Below, in pieces: positions 43,872-53,606 of a stretch of 64,000 nt of DNA (position 1 is the first letter of the stretch; each line of letters starts with the position of its first letter). The notes below the pieces were generated by a model. It was not told the origin of the DNA, ran no database searches, and saw only the letters and a list, made by a program, of their open reading frames with translations. A program made the translations under genes and the position numbers. The DNA comes from Thermoplasmata archaeon (GTDB taxonomy: Archaea > Thermoplasmatota > Thermoplasmata > UBA10834): assembly GCA_041559015.1 (NCBI GenBank), contig JBFFED010000001.1:79241-143240 (forward strand), written 5' to 3'.

Positions 43872-45512
43872 ATGAAAGCGCTGGTGCTCGACGGGTACAC
43901 TGATGAACCTGCGTGCCTTGGGGTTCCTCCGTTCATATCGCCCAACACGAGGCTGGCTTATGGTGCGCTCGCCTCCGCAGGAGCTGAGGTGTCCTATTCG
44001 ACGATAGACCAGTGGCGCTCGGGCGGACTGAGCACGGAGAGAATCGGTCTGCTGGCGGTCATACGCAGCATCGCCGTGCCTGGTAAGTACCTCAGGGGCA
44101 TGCCCGCAAGCGACAGCGAGCTGGCCAGGATAGCTGGGTCCTTCCCTGGGACGACGGTGGCCAGCCTGGGCGTCGCACAGGGCAGGGCGCCCGCAGCGCT
44201 GAGGGATTGCTTCGACCACATCGTCTCGATGGATCTCGATGCCTGCCTCCACGACCTCGTCAAGACAAGGAGGCTGGAGGACAGGAGGAGGACCCAGGCC
44301 GAGTGGAGAGAATGGGCCGTAAGAGGGGCAGAGGCCTGTGCCCATCACCCGGACTTCGGCGGCCCCCTGATCGCCGAGGTGCAGATGTACAGGGGATGTG
44401 TCAGGTACATCACAGGCGGATGCCGGTTCTGCGTGGAGCCCCTGCTTGGGGAAGTGCTGTTCAGGGAAGCCGAGGACATACTCGCGGAGGTCAAGGCGCT
44501 GACTGGCATCGGCGTGCGCAACTTCAGGCTTGGGGCGCAGTCGTGTGTGTACTGTTACATGTCGAAGGAGACCGGCTCGTCCGAGAACCCCAGGCCGAAC
44601 ACGAGCGCCGTCAGGAGACTGCTCGAGGGCGTCAAGAAGGGCGCAAACCCAGAGGTGTTCCACCTAGACAACGCCAACCCCGCAGTCATCGCGGAGCACC
44701 CTGAAGAGTCGCGGGACATCACCAAGGCAATAGTCGAGAATTGCACCAGCGGGAACGTGCTTGCGTTCGGGCTCGAGTCCGCGGACCCGAAGGTCAGAAA
44801 GGCGAACAACCTCAACTCGACCCCCGAACAGACACTGAAGGCGATAAAGATCATCAACGATATCGGGTCGGTCATAGGGCCCTCCGGCCTACCAACGGTG
44901 CTGCCTGGCATCAACTTCGTCTGCGGCCTAGAGGGCGAGACGAGGGACACCTACGACCTGAACCTGGGTTTCCTCAGGGATGTTCTCTCCAGAGGGCTGC
45001 TCCTACGTCGAATAAACATCAGGCAGGTGATACCATCCAGATTGGAGTCCCCGGGTCTGGCTTCGAGAGGCGCATTCATGGACTTCAGGAGGAAGGTCAG
45101 GGAGGATATCGACGCAGCCATGCTCGACGCTCTGGTCCCTGACAGGACCATCCTCAAGGGTGTGTATGCAGAGGTCCGGGAGGGCGGAAGAACCTTCGGG
45201 AGACAGGTCGGGTCATATCCTCTGCTTGTTTCGATCCCCTACCCGATGACGATTGGCCAGAAAGCGGACATCGCGGTGACTCGCAGGGGATACAGGAGCG
45301 TCTCAGGCGTCGTCCATCCCACGGACGTGAACACCGCGACGCTGTCCATGCTGCACGCGATACCCGGGATAGGTAAGAGGCGTGCCGCGACGATTGTGAG
45401 GCGCAGGCCTTTCGCGGATGCCGCGCGACTGTGGGGGATCTTCGACGATCCGACAGCACTAGAATCGGCGCAGTTTCACCTGACCTGCCTGAACGTAGAC
45501 AAGAAGCAGTAG
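43872..45512 (+). CDS. Radical SAM protein with C-terminal helix-hairpin-helix (COG1031-like)
   Basis: DGYTDEPACLGVPPFISP, RGCVRYITGGCRFC, FGLES, IPGIGKRRA HhH. Confidence 0.88.
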   Translation: MKALVLDGYTDEPACLGVPPFISPNTRLAYGALASAGAEVSYSTIDQWRSGGLSTERIGLLAVIRSIAVPGKYLRGMPASDSELARIAGSFPGTTVASLGVAQGRAPAALRDCFDHIVSMDLDACLHDLVKTRRLEDRRRTQAEWREWAVRGAEACAHHPDFGGPLIAEVQMYRGCVRYITGGCRFCVEPLLGEVLFREAEDILAEVKALTGIGVRNFRLGAQSCVYCYMSKETGSSENPRPNTSAVRRLLEGVKKGANPEVFHLDNANPAVIAEHPEESRDITKAIVENCTSGNVLAFGLESADPKVRKANNLNSTPEQTLKAIKIINDIGSVIGPSGLPTVLPGINFVCGLEGETRDTYDLNLGFLRDVLSRGLLLRRINIRQVIPSRLESPGLASRGAFMDFRRKVREDIDAAMLDALVPDRTILKGVYAEVREGGRTFGRQVGSYPLLVSIPYPMTIGQKADIAVTRRGYRSVSGVVHPTDVNTATLSMLHAIPGIGKRRAATIVRRRPFADAARLWGIFDDPTALESAQFHLTCLNVDKKQ

Positions 45513-45524
45513 ACAGATTATAGT

Positions 45525-46589
45525 ATGGACCACTCGATTTCGAGTGGCCTGAGGGGGGAACGCTTGGAGACCGCAGCTGCAGCGAAGTATCCGTTCTTGA
45601 AGGAGTCAGCGGCAGCCCTCAAGGCGACCGGGGTCTCGCTCGACGATCTCGTGACAGGCATGGCTTACGAGAGCGCCAGGATGGCTGGCAAGGAGCGCGT
45701 TGAGGAAGCCTTCGAGGACGGGGAGGTAGGGGACCATCCGACCCGGACGCCAGCAGACGCGACGAGGGAACTCCTCAGTTACCCCGTGGCCAGGATGATA
45801 GTCTCCGCCGTGGCCGATCCCGGGTTCATCAAGAGATACGCCATCGCCGAGGCGAAGAAGGCAAACGAGCGCCTGAGGAGCGAGACCGACGAGTTCGTGA
45901 TGAAGGTCGCATCCGAGCTCGGCCTAGACGTCGCCAAGGAAGACGACTCTTTCGGTATCTACTTCGCCGACTTCCTGAGGGCATCCTCGGCGATGCGCAG
46001 CAAGAGCTGGAAGCTTGTCAACCAGAGGATTGTGGACGGCAGGATCATCGTGTCCAAGACCAGGCTCGTCAGGATCGTGGAGGCGGCGCTGACGGACAAG
46101 ATATCCTCTGAACTCCCACTGCCCGTCAACGACACGATACTCGACCGGTTCGGGCCCACGATCGAGGAACTGAGGGCCGCCATCGAAGAGAGGAGGAAGG
46201 AGCAGCGGACAGAGGCGATGGAGAAGCTCAGCATCGTGAGGCTGCCTCCCTGCATGAGGAAGCTGCTGGACATGATCAGGTCGGGGGAGAACGTCCCCCA
46301 CACCGGCAGGTTCGCGCTCGTGTCATTCTTCCACACCCTTGGCATGGATTCCCAGGAGATACTGGACACCTTCTCAACTGCACCAGATTTCGATCCGAGC
46401 AAGAGCGAGTATCAAATCAAGCACATAACGGGTGAGATATCGGGAACGGAGTACACGCCCCCTGAGTGCAGCACGATGAGGAGCTACGGCATCTGCTTTG
46501 ACCCGGACGCGCTGTGCAAGGATGGGGCGATCAAGCACCCGCTCGTTTACTACAGGGTCAAGGGAAGACGGTTCCGCTCACGGAAGTGA
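45525..46589 (+). CDS. priL: DNA primase large subunit
   Basis: KYPFL, LPPCM, HTGRFAL, YTPPECSTM..C..C..IKHPL Fe-S motif. Confidence 0.95.
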   Translation: MDHSISSGLRGERLETAAAAKYPFLKESAAALKATGVSLDDLVTGMAYESARMAGKERVEEAFEDGEVGDHPTRTPADATRELLSYPVARMIVSAVADPGFIKRYAIAEAKKANERLRSETDEFVMKVASELGLDVAKEDDSFGIYFADFLRASSAMRSKSWKLVNQRIVDGRIIVSKTRLVRIVEAALTDKISSELPLPVNDTILDRFGPTIEELRAAIEERRKEQRTEAMEKLSIVRLPPCMRKLLDMIRSGENVPHTGRFALVSFFHTLGMDSQEILDTFSTAPDFDPSKSEYQIKHITGEISGTEYTPPECSTMRSYGICFDPDALCKDGAIKHPLVYYRVKGRRFRSRK

Positions 46590-47198
46590 CTTCCAGATCA
46601 GCCGCGCCCTCTGGAGCGCAGTGATGTTACCGGCGAGGCCGAAGTATATCATCATCCAGGCCATCAGCGTGTACCCGAAGATGTCGCTCGCCGCCCCGCT
46701 GCCGCCGAGGTCGAAGAAGTACATGACGAGCGGGACGATTACCAGGACCGCGATCCTGTCCGCCCTGCCGAGTATCCCCCTGTACTCGCGCCCAAGCCCG
46801 AGCGCCTGCGCCTGCGTGCCCATGTAGCTAGCGAGCAGGACGCCGATGACCGCGAAGAGGCCGAACTCTATAGGGCAATTCGGGCTCAGGGCGATCCCTC
46901 CCAAGATGATGGCGTCAGAGTATCTGTCAATCACATGGTCCACGAAGTCCCCACGCTTGGAGGCCTTCGAGGATATCCTTGCGACCTTGCCGTCGAGGGC
47001 GTCGAGCGCCCCGCTCACCAGGACGGCGATGGCCGCGAAGAGCAGGAAGTTGGACCAGTCGAGCGAGAACAGCAGCCCCGCGATGATCGCGAATACCAGA
47101 GATGTGAGCGATATGTGGTTCGGGTTCACGTTGCTGAGCCTCTTCGCCGCGGGGGAGAGTATCTTGTCTGCCTCGCCGCGGTAACTGTCTAGAACCAG
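46578..47198 (-). CDS. CDP-alcohol phosphatidyltransferase; probable CTG start at 47198 (first standard start is GTG at 47129)
   Basis: NPNHIS, DALDGKVAR..G.FVDHVIDRYSD; frame open upstream as (L)VLDSYRGEADKIL with GGAGGT 6 nt before the CTG. Confidence 0.88.
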   Translation of the reverse strand: MVLDSYRGEADKILSPAAKRLSNVNPNHISLTSLVFAIIAGLLFSLDWSNFLLFAAIAVLVSGALDALDGKVARISSKASKRGDFVDHVIDRYSDAIILGGIALSPNCPIEFGLFAVIGVLLASYMGTQAQALGLGREYRGILGRADRIAVLVIVPLVMYFFDLGGSGAASDIFGYTLMAWMMIYFGLAGNITALQRARLIWKSLP

Positions 47199-47704
47199 CT
47201 CAAAACCTCCTCGCTCCAGTCAACATTACCAACACTGTATTTCTCCCTTTCTCCAGCTATGATTCGTTCTATCGCTTCGGCCACCTGCGGGGGTTTCATC
47301 CCGGTCGTGTCGACCTCACACACTTCAGGCACGTTCTCGACCGCCTCGATGAGTACAACATCGACCGCCTCGGCCTCGACGTTCTCCCGTATCTTCGCAT
47401 CGGACCATCCCTTCTTCCTCAGGCGGCGCTCGAGCACCTTCGGTGAGCACCTGAGCACGATCGCGAGGTCGGGCTTGAGAAGATGGGACAGATGGCCCTC
47501 CAGGAGGATGTCCTCTCCGAGAGAGGACACCGCCTTCGCCAGCTTCGCGACGTCCACCTCCTTCGTCTTCCGCTTTCTGTCGTACCCAGAAGCCAGCCCG
47601 AGCTCGTCCACGAGCTCGTTGACATGTACGACTCGCACGCCCCTCACCCTGGAGCATGTGCTTGTCTTGCCCACCCCGGGAGTACCCGTGACGGCGATCC
47701 TCAT
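47189..47704 (-). CDS. Adenylate kinase, AK6/Fap7 type
   Basis: TGTPGVGKT, EGHLSH, LRC.P..L.RRL..KGW...KIREN.EAE. Confidence 0.9.
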   Translation of the reverse strand: MRIAVTGTPGVGKTSTCSRVRGVRVVHVNELVDELGLASGYDRKRKTKEVDVAKLAKAVSSLGEDILLEGHLSHLLKPDLAIVLRCSPKVLERRLRKKGWSDAKIRENVEAEAVDVVLIEAVENVPEVCEVDTTGMKPPQVAEAIERIIAGEREKYSVGNVDWSEEVLSWF

Positions 47705-47733
47705 CCTACATGGGGTAAGATTCGGAGCGGATA

Positions 47734-48561
47734 TCAAAGTTCACAATGGCGCTGCCCGCTCGAAATGCGGGCTTGCAGCGCCCTCTCGATCTCGAGCTTC
47801 ACCGCGCTCTCCCCTATCCGCCTCTCAAGGACCTTCGAGAGGCCGATGGAAGCCCGGTGGTCTACCGAGAACTCGACACCGCAATCGACATCCATCAGGA
47901 CCAGGAACTCTGGCCGGGCAAGCCCGACCCGCACAGGCCTCTTCTTCGCCTCTGGCCCGACGCATTCCAAGTCCAGGCGGCCGGAACTCGCCTCGTTCAT
48001 CGCCCAAGCCATGCGCCGGACCATGTTCCAGAGGAAGCTCTCAGCCCTGAAATCGACCGCGAAGAACATCCCAGTCTCGGACACGTCTATCGAGTCGATC
48101 TTCCTCATCGGGTTCCTGTCGTCCTTCCTTGAATACATCGAGAAATCGTGGACGCCAACGAACCTGGATGCGACCTCCTTCAGAACCTTCAGGTTCTGGT
48201 CCCCCCTGACAAGGTGGTAGCGGTACCAGCGCTGTCCAGCTGCCCTTGGGTTGAACTCCTCAGGCACCTCGACGGCAGAATACGCCCACACCCCTTCCAT
48301 TTCGGAATTGGTGGCCGCGCATATCTCGCCGATGTGAAAACTCGTCCTGAACGAAATCACGTTCCCGAGCGCGCTGACGCCCCGGTCGGTCCTGCTGGAA
48401 CTCCTGTAACCGCACTCCCTCGAAGACTTGATCGCCCCGACCCTGCTCAGCGCATCGATCAGCTCACCCTCAACGGTCAGTCGGTCTGGCTGTCTCTGGA
48501 ATCCGAAGAACCTCGTACCATCGTAGGCGAACTTCAGGGCGACCCTGCGCTCTGGCTCCAC
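47734..48561 (-). CDS. truA: tRNA pseudouridine(38-40) synthase
   Basis: YDGTRFFGFQRQP, SRTDRGVSA, G.HDFS, SFLWNMVRR. Confidence 0.94.
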   Translation of the reverse strand: MEPERRVALKFAYDGTRFFGFQRQPDRLTVEGELIDALSRVGAIKSSRECGYRSSSRTDRGVSALGNVISFRTSFHIGEICAATNSEMEGVWAYSAVEVPEEFNPRAAGQRWYRYHLVRGDQNLKVLKEVASRFVGVHDFSMYSRKDDRNPMRKIDSIDVSETGMFFAVDFRAESFLWNMVRRMAWAMNEASSGRLDLECVGPEAKKRPVRVGLARPEFLVLMDVDCGVEFSVDHRASIGLSKVLERRIGESAVKLEIERALQARISSGQRHCEL

Positions 48562-48613
48562 GCAGATGCAATCTGCTACAGAGTTAAATACCTAGGGCAT
48601 CTGTGGAGGGCAC

Positions 48614-49348
48614 GTGGCGCAGTTCAGGGTCGTGCTGGTGGAGCCTCTGAACGACGGCAACGTCGGGGCAGTCGCAAGGTCGATGAAGAACTTCGGCCTC
48701 GACGAGCTCATGCTGGTGAGGCCGTGCATGCTGGGAGAGGAGGCGACCAAGCGCGCGATGCACGGGATAGACATACTGAAGCGGGCAAGGACGGTGTACG
48801 CTGACGAAGAGGCGGTCAAGGATGTCGACTTCGTTGCCGCGACATCTGGGGTGGATACGGCCAACGAGAAGAACTTCGCACGCATTTCGCTCACGCCAAG
48901 GGAGTTTGCGGAGAAGGTCAAGGACTCCGACGGCAGGATCGCTCTGATGTTCGGGAGGGAGGATTTCGGGCTGCCCAAGGAGACCATCAAGAAATGCGAC
49001 TTCCTGGTCACAATCCCCGCCAACCCCGATTACTCCATACTGAACATGAGCCACGCTGCGACGATAGTGTTCTACGAGCTGTTCGCGACTGGCGTGGAGA
49101 GATGGAGCCCCAGGGAAGCAGGGGATCTCGAGAAGGAGAAGCTTTTCGAATACTTCTCCGCACTGCTGGACGCAATCGACTACCCACCCCACAAGAAGGA
49201 GAAGACCAAGGTGATGTTCAGACGGATGGTCAACCGTTCTGTCCCCTCGACCTGGGAGTTCCACACGCTGATGGGCGTGTTCGACGGGGCCGTCAAGACC
49301 TCCGCTCCAGAGGCCCATCCGAAGAAGAGACAGCAGACGAAAAGTTGA
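48614..49348 (+). CDS. trmJ: SPOUT tRNA 2'-O-methyltransferase, TrmJ family
   Basis: GNVGAVARSMKNFG, FGREDFGL, IPANPDYSILNMSHA. Confidence 0.9.
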   Translation: MAQFRVVLVEPLNDGNVGAVARSMKNFGLDELMLVRPCMLGEEATKRAMHGIDILKRARTVYADEEAVKDVDFVAATSGVDTANEKNFARISLTPREFAEKVKDSDGRIALMFGREDFGLPKETIKKCDFLVTIPANPDYSILNMSHAATIVFYELFATGVERWSPREAGDLEKEKLFEYFSALLDAIDYPPHKKEKTKVMFRRMVNRSVPSTWEFHTLMGVFDGAVKTSAPEAHPKKRQQTKS

Positions 49349-49404
49349 GCGCCCGCCCGAGTTACGGTGGCGGGCGCGGTTTGTTTGTTGGGGGGAGGAT
49401 TGGT

Positions 49405-50460
49405 TTATCCTATCATGTCCACCAGGTATCCAGAGGCGAACGGGTCTGTCTCGCCAGGGACCTGGGTGCTGCCCGGCCCTCCCAGCAGCGGGAGGCCGGT
49501 GATGATGCCTATCAGCTTGATGCTGTCTCCGAAGTCGTCGTCTATACGAGCGCCGAGCTTCACGTTGACCTGGGCTCCGAGCTCGCTCGTGACGCCGTTG
49601 AAGACATGGTAGGCCTTGCGCAGGGAGAGGGAGGGGCCGCCCGTGATATGTATCAGGGCGCCTGAAGCTCCCTCAAGGTCGACATCGAGCAGTGGGTTGT
49701 TGAGCGCCTCAAGCACAACCTTGTCCGGATCTTCACTCTCACTGTACAGGACAGTGGATGCTCCGCCATGGAGCATCACGTTTCGGAAGTCCGCGAAGTC
49801 AAGGTTGATCATGCTCGTCTCGCAGATCGTGTTGGTGATACCTTTGATCACCTCAGCGATGAGCTGGTCCATCACCATGAAGGCCTGCTCGACGGGCAGT
49901 TTCGGCACTATCTCGAGCAACCTGTTGTTGTCGAGGATTATCGTGCTGTGTGCCCGCTCTTTCAGTTTCGCTATGCCTGCGAGGGCTGTCCTCAACCTTC
50001 CCTTCTCGATGTCGAAAGGCAATGTGACGAGGGCGACGACCATGGACCCGTGCTTCTTGGCGCACTCCGCGATTACCGGCGCGGCGCCCGTGCCAGTTCC
50101 ACCGCCCATGCCGGCGGTGATGAAGACAATATCAAAGTCACGGACAAGCGCCTCCATCTTGTCGATGTCACAGGACGCAGCCTTCTCGCCGATAGACGCG
50201 TCGCCTCCCGTGCCGTAGCCGTGGCAGATGTGCTCCCCTATGAGTACGTGCTGGTCCGCGCCTATACGCGAGAGATGGAACTTGTCGGTGTTCACTGCGA
50301 TAGTGTCGACGCCCTCCAGCTCGAGCCGCTGAAGCCTGTGCACGCTGTTCGAGCCGCCGCCGCCGCAGCCGACCACGCATATCTTCGGGGCGAGGTGGGC
50401 CTCGAAGTCGCATTCGCGCTCGAGAGCATCTCTGACTATCTTCTCGAGCATACGCTGCAC
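49405..50460 (-). CDS. ftsZ: Cell division protein FtsZ (FtsZ2-like by gene context)
   Basis: [29 protein letters not shown]; directly downstream of an RHH regulator. Confidence 0.9.
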   Translation of the reverse strand: MQRMLEKIVRDALERECDFEAHLAPKICVVGCGGGGSNSVHRLQRLELEGVDTIAVNTDKFHLSRIGADQHVLIGEHICHGYGTGGDASIGEKAASCDIDKMEALVRDFDIVFITAGMGGGTGTGAAPVIAECAKKHGSMVVALVTLPFDIEKGRLRTALAGIAKLKERAHSTIILDNNRLLEIVPKLPVEQAFMVMDQLIAEVIKGITNTICETSMINLDFADFRNVMLHGGASTVLYSESEDPDKVVLEALNNPLLDVDLEGASGALIHITGGPSLSLRKAYHVFNGVTSELGAQVNVKLGARIDDDFGDSIKLIGIITGLPLLGGPGSTQVPGETDPFASGYLVDMIG

Positions 50461-50535
50461 CTCCTCGAGCGCCAGAGCTCATGCATGTGTGCGTGCGTGA
50501 CCATCGTTCCCAACCCCGAGTTCAGTTCTTGAGCG

Positions 50536-50850
50536 TCACCGTTCCAGTTCTTCCATCGCTTTTGACACTCGCTTCCGTATGTACTCGCGCACTGCGTTCC
50601 TGATGGCGTCGTCGACAGACACCGAGTCGCCCTCCTGTACAAGCTGCTTCAGGTTGACGACGTTGCCCTTGGGGAGTTCCACCGTGATCTTCTCGATGTA
50701 CTCAGGGGTGAACTCGCCCTCGACGAACTTGTCAATGGCGGCGCGTATCGCTTCGGAGATTGTGGGGAACTTGCCCTGGTCGACGAGGGCTTGAAGTGAC
50801 TTTATCCTCTCGTGGGGAAGCCTTATCGTGACCCGTTCCGACTCGACCAT
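50536..50850 (-). CDS. Tandem ribbon-helix-helix regulator, CdrS-like
   Basis: Two RHH units (ERVTIRLP..GKFPTISEAIRAA; EKITVELP..SVDDAIRNAVR) upstream of ftsZ. Confidence 0.85.
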   Translation of the reverse strand: MVESERVTIRLPHERIKSLQALVDQGKFPTISEAIRAAIDKFVEGEFTPEYIEKITVELPKGNVVNLKQLVQEGDSVSVDDAIRNAVREYIRKRVSKAMEELER

Positions 50851-50865
50851 CTGGCCGCCTCTCCA

Positions 50866-50927
50866 TGTCCGACGATAATTGCTATTTTGTCAGACGAATG
50901 TCAGTATCAATTCCTGAGTATTTATAA
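50866..50927 (-). promoter_or_regulatory. Promoter of the RHH-ftsZ operon with phased direct repeats
   Basis: TTATAAATA on the minus strand at 50919-50927; plus-strand TGTCCGAC 50866, TGTCAGAC 50888, TGTCAGTA 50899. Confidence 0.6.
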
Positions 50928-51446
50928 CTTTCTTGGCCTGGATACTTTCTTCAGCACCCAGACTATCTCAACCCGCTGACCGATAGGAAACTTGTACTTC
51001 CAGGGAGCCGGTATCGACAACCCCAGCAAGTTCCTGACATGCCATCTGAAGGGGATGACCCTCATTATGTCGCATTCCACCTTTTCGAATAGCTGGGGCT
51101 GCGCTCGATACTCCAGAGATTGAGAACCCCCCTGGTCCATGCAGAACACATCAAGGCTAGAAGGCAGGAAGTATCGGACATGCCCAGGATCAGCATTGAA
51201 CCCGTAAGGTACCTTGATGACCGCACGGCCCTCTGTCCTCAGAACCCGATGGACCTCGAGAAGCGCTGATTCCCAATTTGGCAGGTGCTCAAGGACATGG
51301 GACAGAAGCACTTTATCCGCGCATTCGTCCTCGAAGGGCCAAGGCTCGGCTGCGTCAAACACCTTGTCCACGCCTGGACCCTCCTTATAGTCGCAATTGA
51401 CCCAGCCCGGCAAAGTGGCATTCCCACAACCGACATTAAGATTCAT
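50922..51446 (-). CDS. Class I SAM-dependent methyltransferase (type 11-like)
   Basis: LNVGCG, LSHVLEHL, EVHRVL..G, DPGH. Confidence 0.85.
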   Translation of the reverse strand: MNLNVGCGNATLPGWVNCDYKEGPGVDKVFDAAEPWPFEDECADKVLLSHVLEHLPNWESALLEVHRVLRTEGRAVIKVPYGFNADPGHVRYFLPSSLDVFCMDQGGSQSLEYRAQPQLFEKVECDIMRVIPFRWHVRNLLGLSIPAPWKYKFPIGQRVEIVWVLKKVSRPRKL

Positions 51447-51596
51447 TCAATCACCCGAACATCCGATCATGTTCATCTTGGCCCTTTCCTCGGTATTCGC
51501 CTTCGCTATGTCCATCATTTGAGTGAATATACTTAACACATCCTGAAGGCTGGTATCCTTCGACATTATCGCATCCAGTAGGATGGCTCACGGCCT

Positions 51597-51791
51597 TCAA
51601 CCCTGCTGCAGCGACGGTGTCTCCTCCTTGACGGATTTGCCGCCCAGCTCAGTCATCTTCTTTCGAAGGCTGAGGAACACAACGGTCATCACGACGGCCA
51701 AGATCGCGAATGCGGCTAGTACCGCCATCAGCAGCGCGTTCTGCGATTTGACGTCGCTCAGGTCGGCCTCGACAGCATCCAAATCGGGCAT
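51597..51791 (-). CDS. Small single-TM protein or C-terminal remnant of a surface protein
   Basis: Short coiled-coil-like start, hydrophobic helix, RKK stop-transfer. Confidence 0.5.
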   Translation of the reverse strand: MPDLDAVEADLSDVKSQNALLMAVLAAFAILAVVMTVVFLSLRKKMTELGGKSVKEETPSLQQG

Positions 51792-51836
51792 TGCCGCGGA
51801 AAGTAGGATGAATATGGGCTCCCCGGTTGGCAGGAT

Positions 51837-52676
51837 TCACACGTCCCTCTTCCGGAACCAGATGTAGGCGAGAGCGAGGGGGATCAAGGTCCAGAGGAGT
51901 TGTACGAATACCAAGGTGCCGAGATTGATCCACGGCGGTGGATTCACTTCGTATCCCAGCAGCTCTGTCTCGCCGAATGCCAGCATTGCAGCCGTTCCAC
52001 TTCCATCCTGAGGACTGAGGAACATGTCGAACCAGAACCAGTCGGGCATCTGGGATGTATCCCCGCCGAAGAAATCGTCGATCTCGCCCCCCGTAGCCAT
52101 GAACGCACCAATGAAGACCATGCCGCATATCGCGCCCCAGAAGAACACGACCACGCCCGCGCCGAGCGATGTGACTCGGCGCCTCAGGACGGATGAGAAG
52201 CACACCGAGAGGCTCAGATAGAGCATCCCGAGAAGCATGGTGAGCAGGATGAACCCGATGTATCCGCCCCACTGGGCCTCCCCCGTCGATACCGCGATAA
52301 GAACACCTGCGACACCAAACCCCACGAGGATCGACAGGCATATCACTGCGCCCAAACCGATGTACTTGCCGAGCAGGACCTCGATACGTCTTACTGGACA
52401 TGCAAGGACAACGGAAAGCGCGCCGCCCTCGGCCTCCCCCGATATGGTTGCGTATCCCAGCATGATCGAAATGATCGGCACGAGCATGGTAGAAATGCTT
52501 ATGAGAGCACCGACGGTGATATCCATCTCACCGATATCGCCCCCGCCGGCCATGAACGAGGCAGCCACCGAGAGGATGAAGAATATCGACACCAGGGCGA
52601 GTATCCACTTGCTCCTCGCATTGTCGGCGAACTCCTTCTTCGCGATTGTGTATATCGACCGAGGACTCACCGGCAT
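51837..52676 (-). CDS. ABC-2/NosY-like permease
   Basis: IAKKEF, GYATISGEAEGG.L..VL..PV.R..VLLGK, WFRKRDV. Confidence 0.88.
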   Translation of the reverse strand: MPVSPRSIYTIAKKEFADNARSKWILALVSIFFILSVAASFMAGGGDIGEMDITVGALISISTMLVPIISIMLGYATISGEAEGGALSVVLACPVRRIEVLLGKYIGLGAVICLSILVGFGVAGVLIAVSTGEAQWGGYIGFILLTMLLGMLYLSLSVCFSSVLRRRVTSLGAGVVVFFWGAICGMVFIGAFMATGGEIDDFFGGDTSQMPDWFWFDMFLSPQDGSGTAAMLAFGETELLGYEVNPPPWINLGTLVFVQLLWTLIPLALAYIWFRKRDV

Positions 52677-53606
52677 CTAGGAACCCTCCTTCCCTGAAAG
52701 CAGCTTGACGAACGCCTCCTCCAGCGAAGGGTTCATCGTCTTGAAATCACTGACTGCGATTCCCCTTTCCAGCAACGCCGCCACGACGCTTGCGCGTGCC
52801 GCTGAGTCGCAGGTGACGAGAAGCCCATCATCCCTCCGCGAGATATCCTCGACGCCCTCAATCGAGCGGATGTGGGAGACGGTCCCCTGATCCACGCCAG
52901 CGGCCTGGACCCACAGCTGAGGCCTTATGCGAAGACGGTCGCTTATGTCCTCGACTGTCCCCTCGACCACGAGCCGGCCCCTGTCTATGATGGCGACCCT
53001 GTGGCAGAGCGCCTGCACCTCTGAGAGGATGTGCGATGAGAAGATTATCGTGGCGCCCTGCTCGTTCAGAGAACGTATCTTGTCCCTGACGGCCTTCACC
53101 CACCTCGCATCGAGCCCTCCCGTCGGCTCATCCATGATGTATATTGACGGCTTCCCAATCATCGCCTGGGCAACGCCCAGGAGCTGTACCATCCCTTTCG
53201 AGAACGTGCCCACCTTGCGGTTCATTGCGTGCTCCAGGCCCACCTCTTTTATGAGCGAGGGCACGACGGACTTGTCGGCTCCGCGGAGCTCACAGTAGAA
53301 GTTCAGTGTCTGGATTGGCGTGAGGTTGTCGTAGAACGATATGCGTTCGGGCAGGAACCCGACATCCCGGCGAAGCTCGACGGAGTCCGGTCCTGCGGGT
53401 TTGCCGTTGATGAAGGCAGAGCCAGAGGTCGGATGGAAGAGGCCCATCACCATCTTGATTGTTGTGCTCTTGCCCGCCCCGTTGGGTCCGAGGAAGCCGA
53501 ATATCTCTCCCTTCTGCACCTTCAAGTTCAGCGAGTCCACTGCAAGGACTTCTTTGAATCGCTTCGTGAGGTCCACTGTCTCGATCACTGCGGTGGAAGT
53601 GTTCAC
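52677..53606 (-). CDS. ABC transporter ATP-binding protein
   Basis: GPNGAGKST, FSKGM, MDEPT, SSHIL; GTG start assumed. Confidence 0.93.
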   Translation of the reverse strand: MNTSTAVIETVDLTKRFKEVLAVDSLNLKVQKGEIFGFLGPNGAGKSTTIKMVMGLFHPTSGSAFINGKPAGPDSVELRRDVGFLPERISFYDNLTPIQTLNFYCELRGADKSVVPSLIKEVGLEHAMNRKVGTFSKGMVQLLGVAQAMIGKPSIYIMDEPTGGLDARWVKAVRDKIRSLNEQGATIIFSSHILSEVQALCHRVAIIDRGRLVVEGTVEDISDRLRIRPQLWVQAAGVDQGTVSHIRSIEGVEDISRRDDGLLVTCDSAARASVVAALLERGIAVSDFKTMNPSLEEAFVKLLSGKEGS

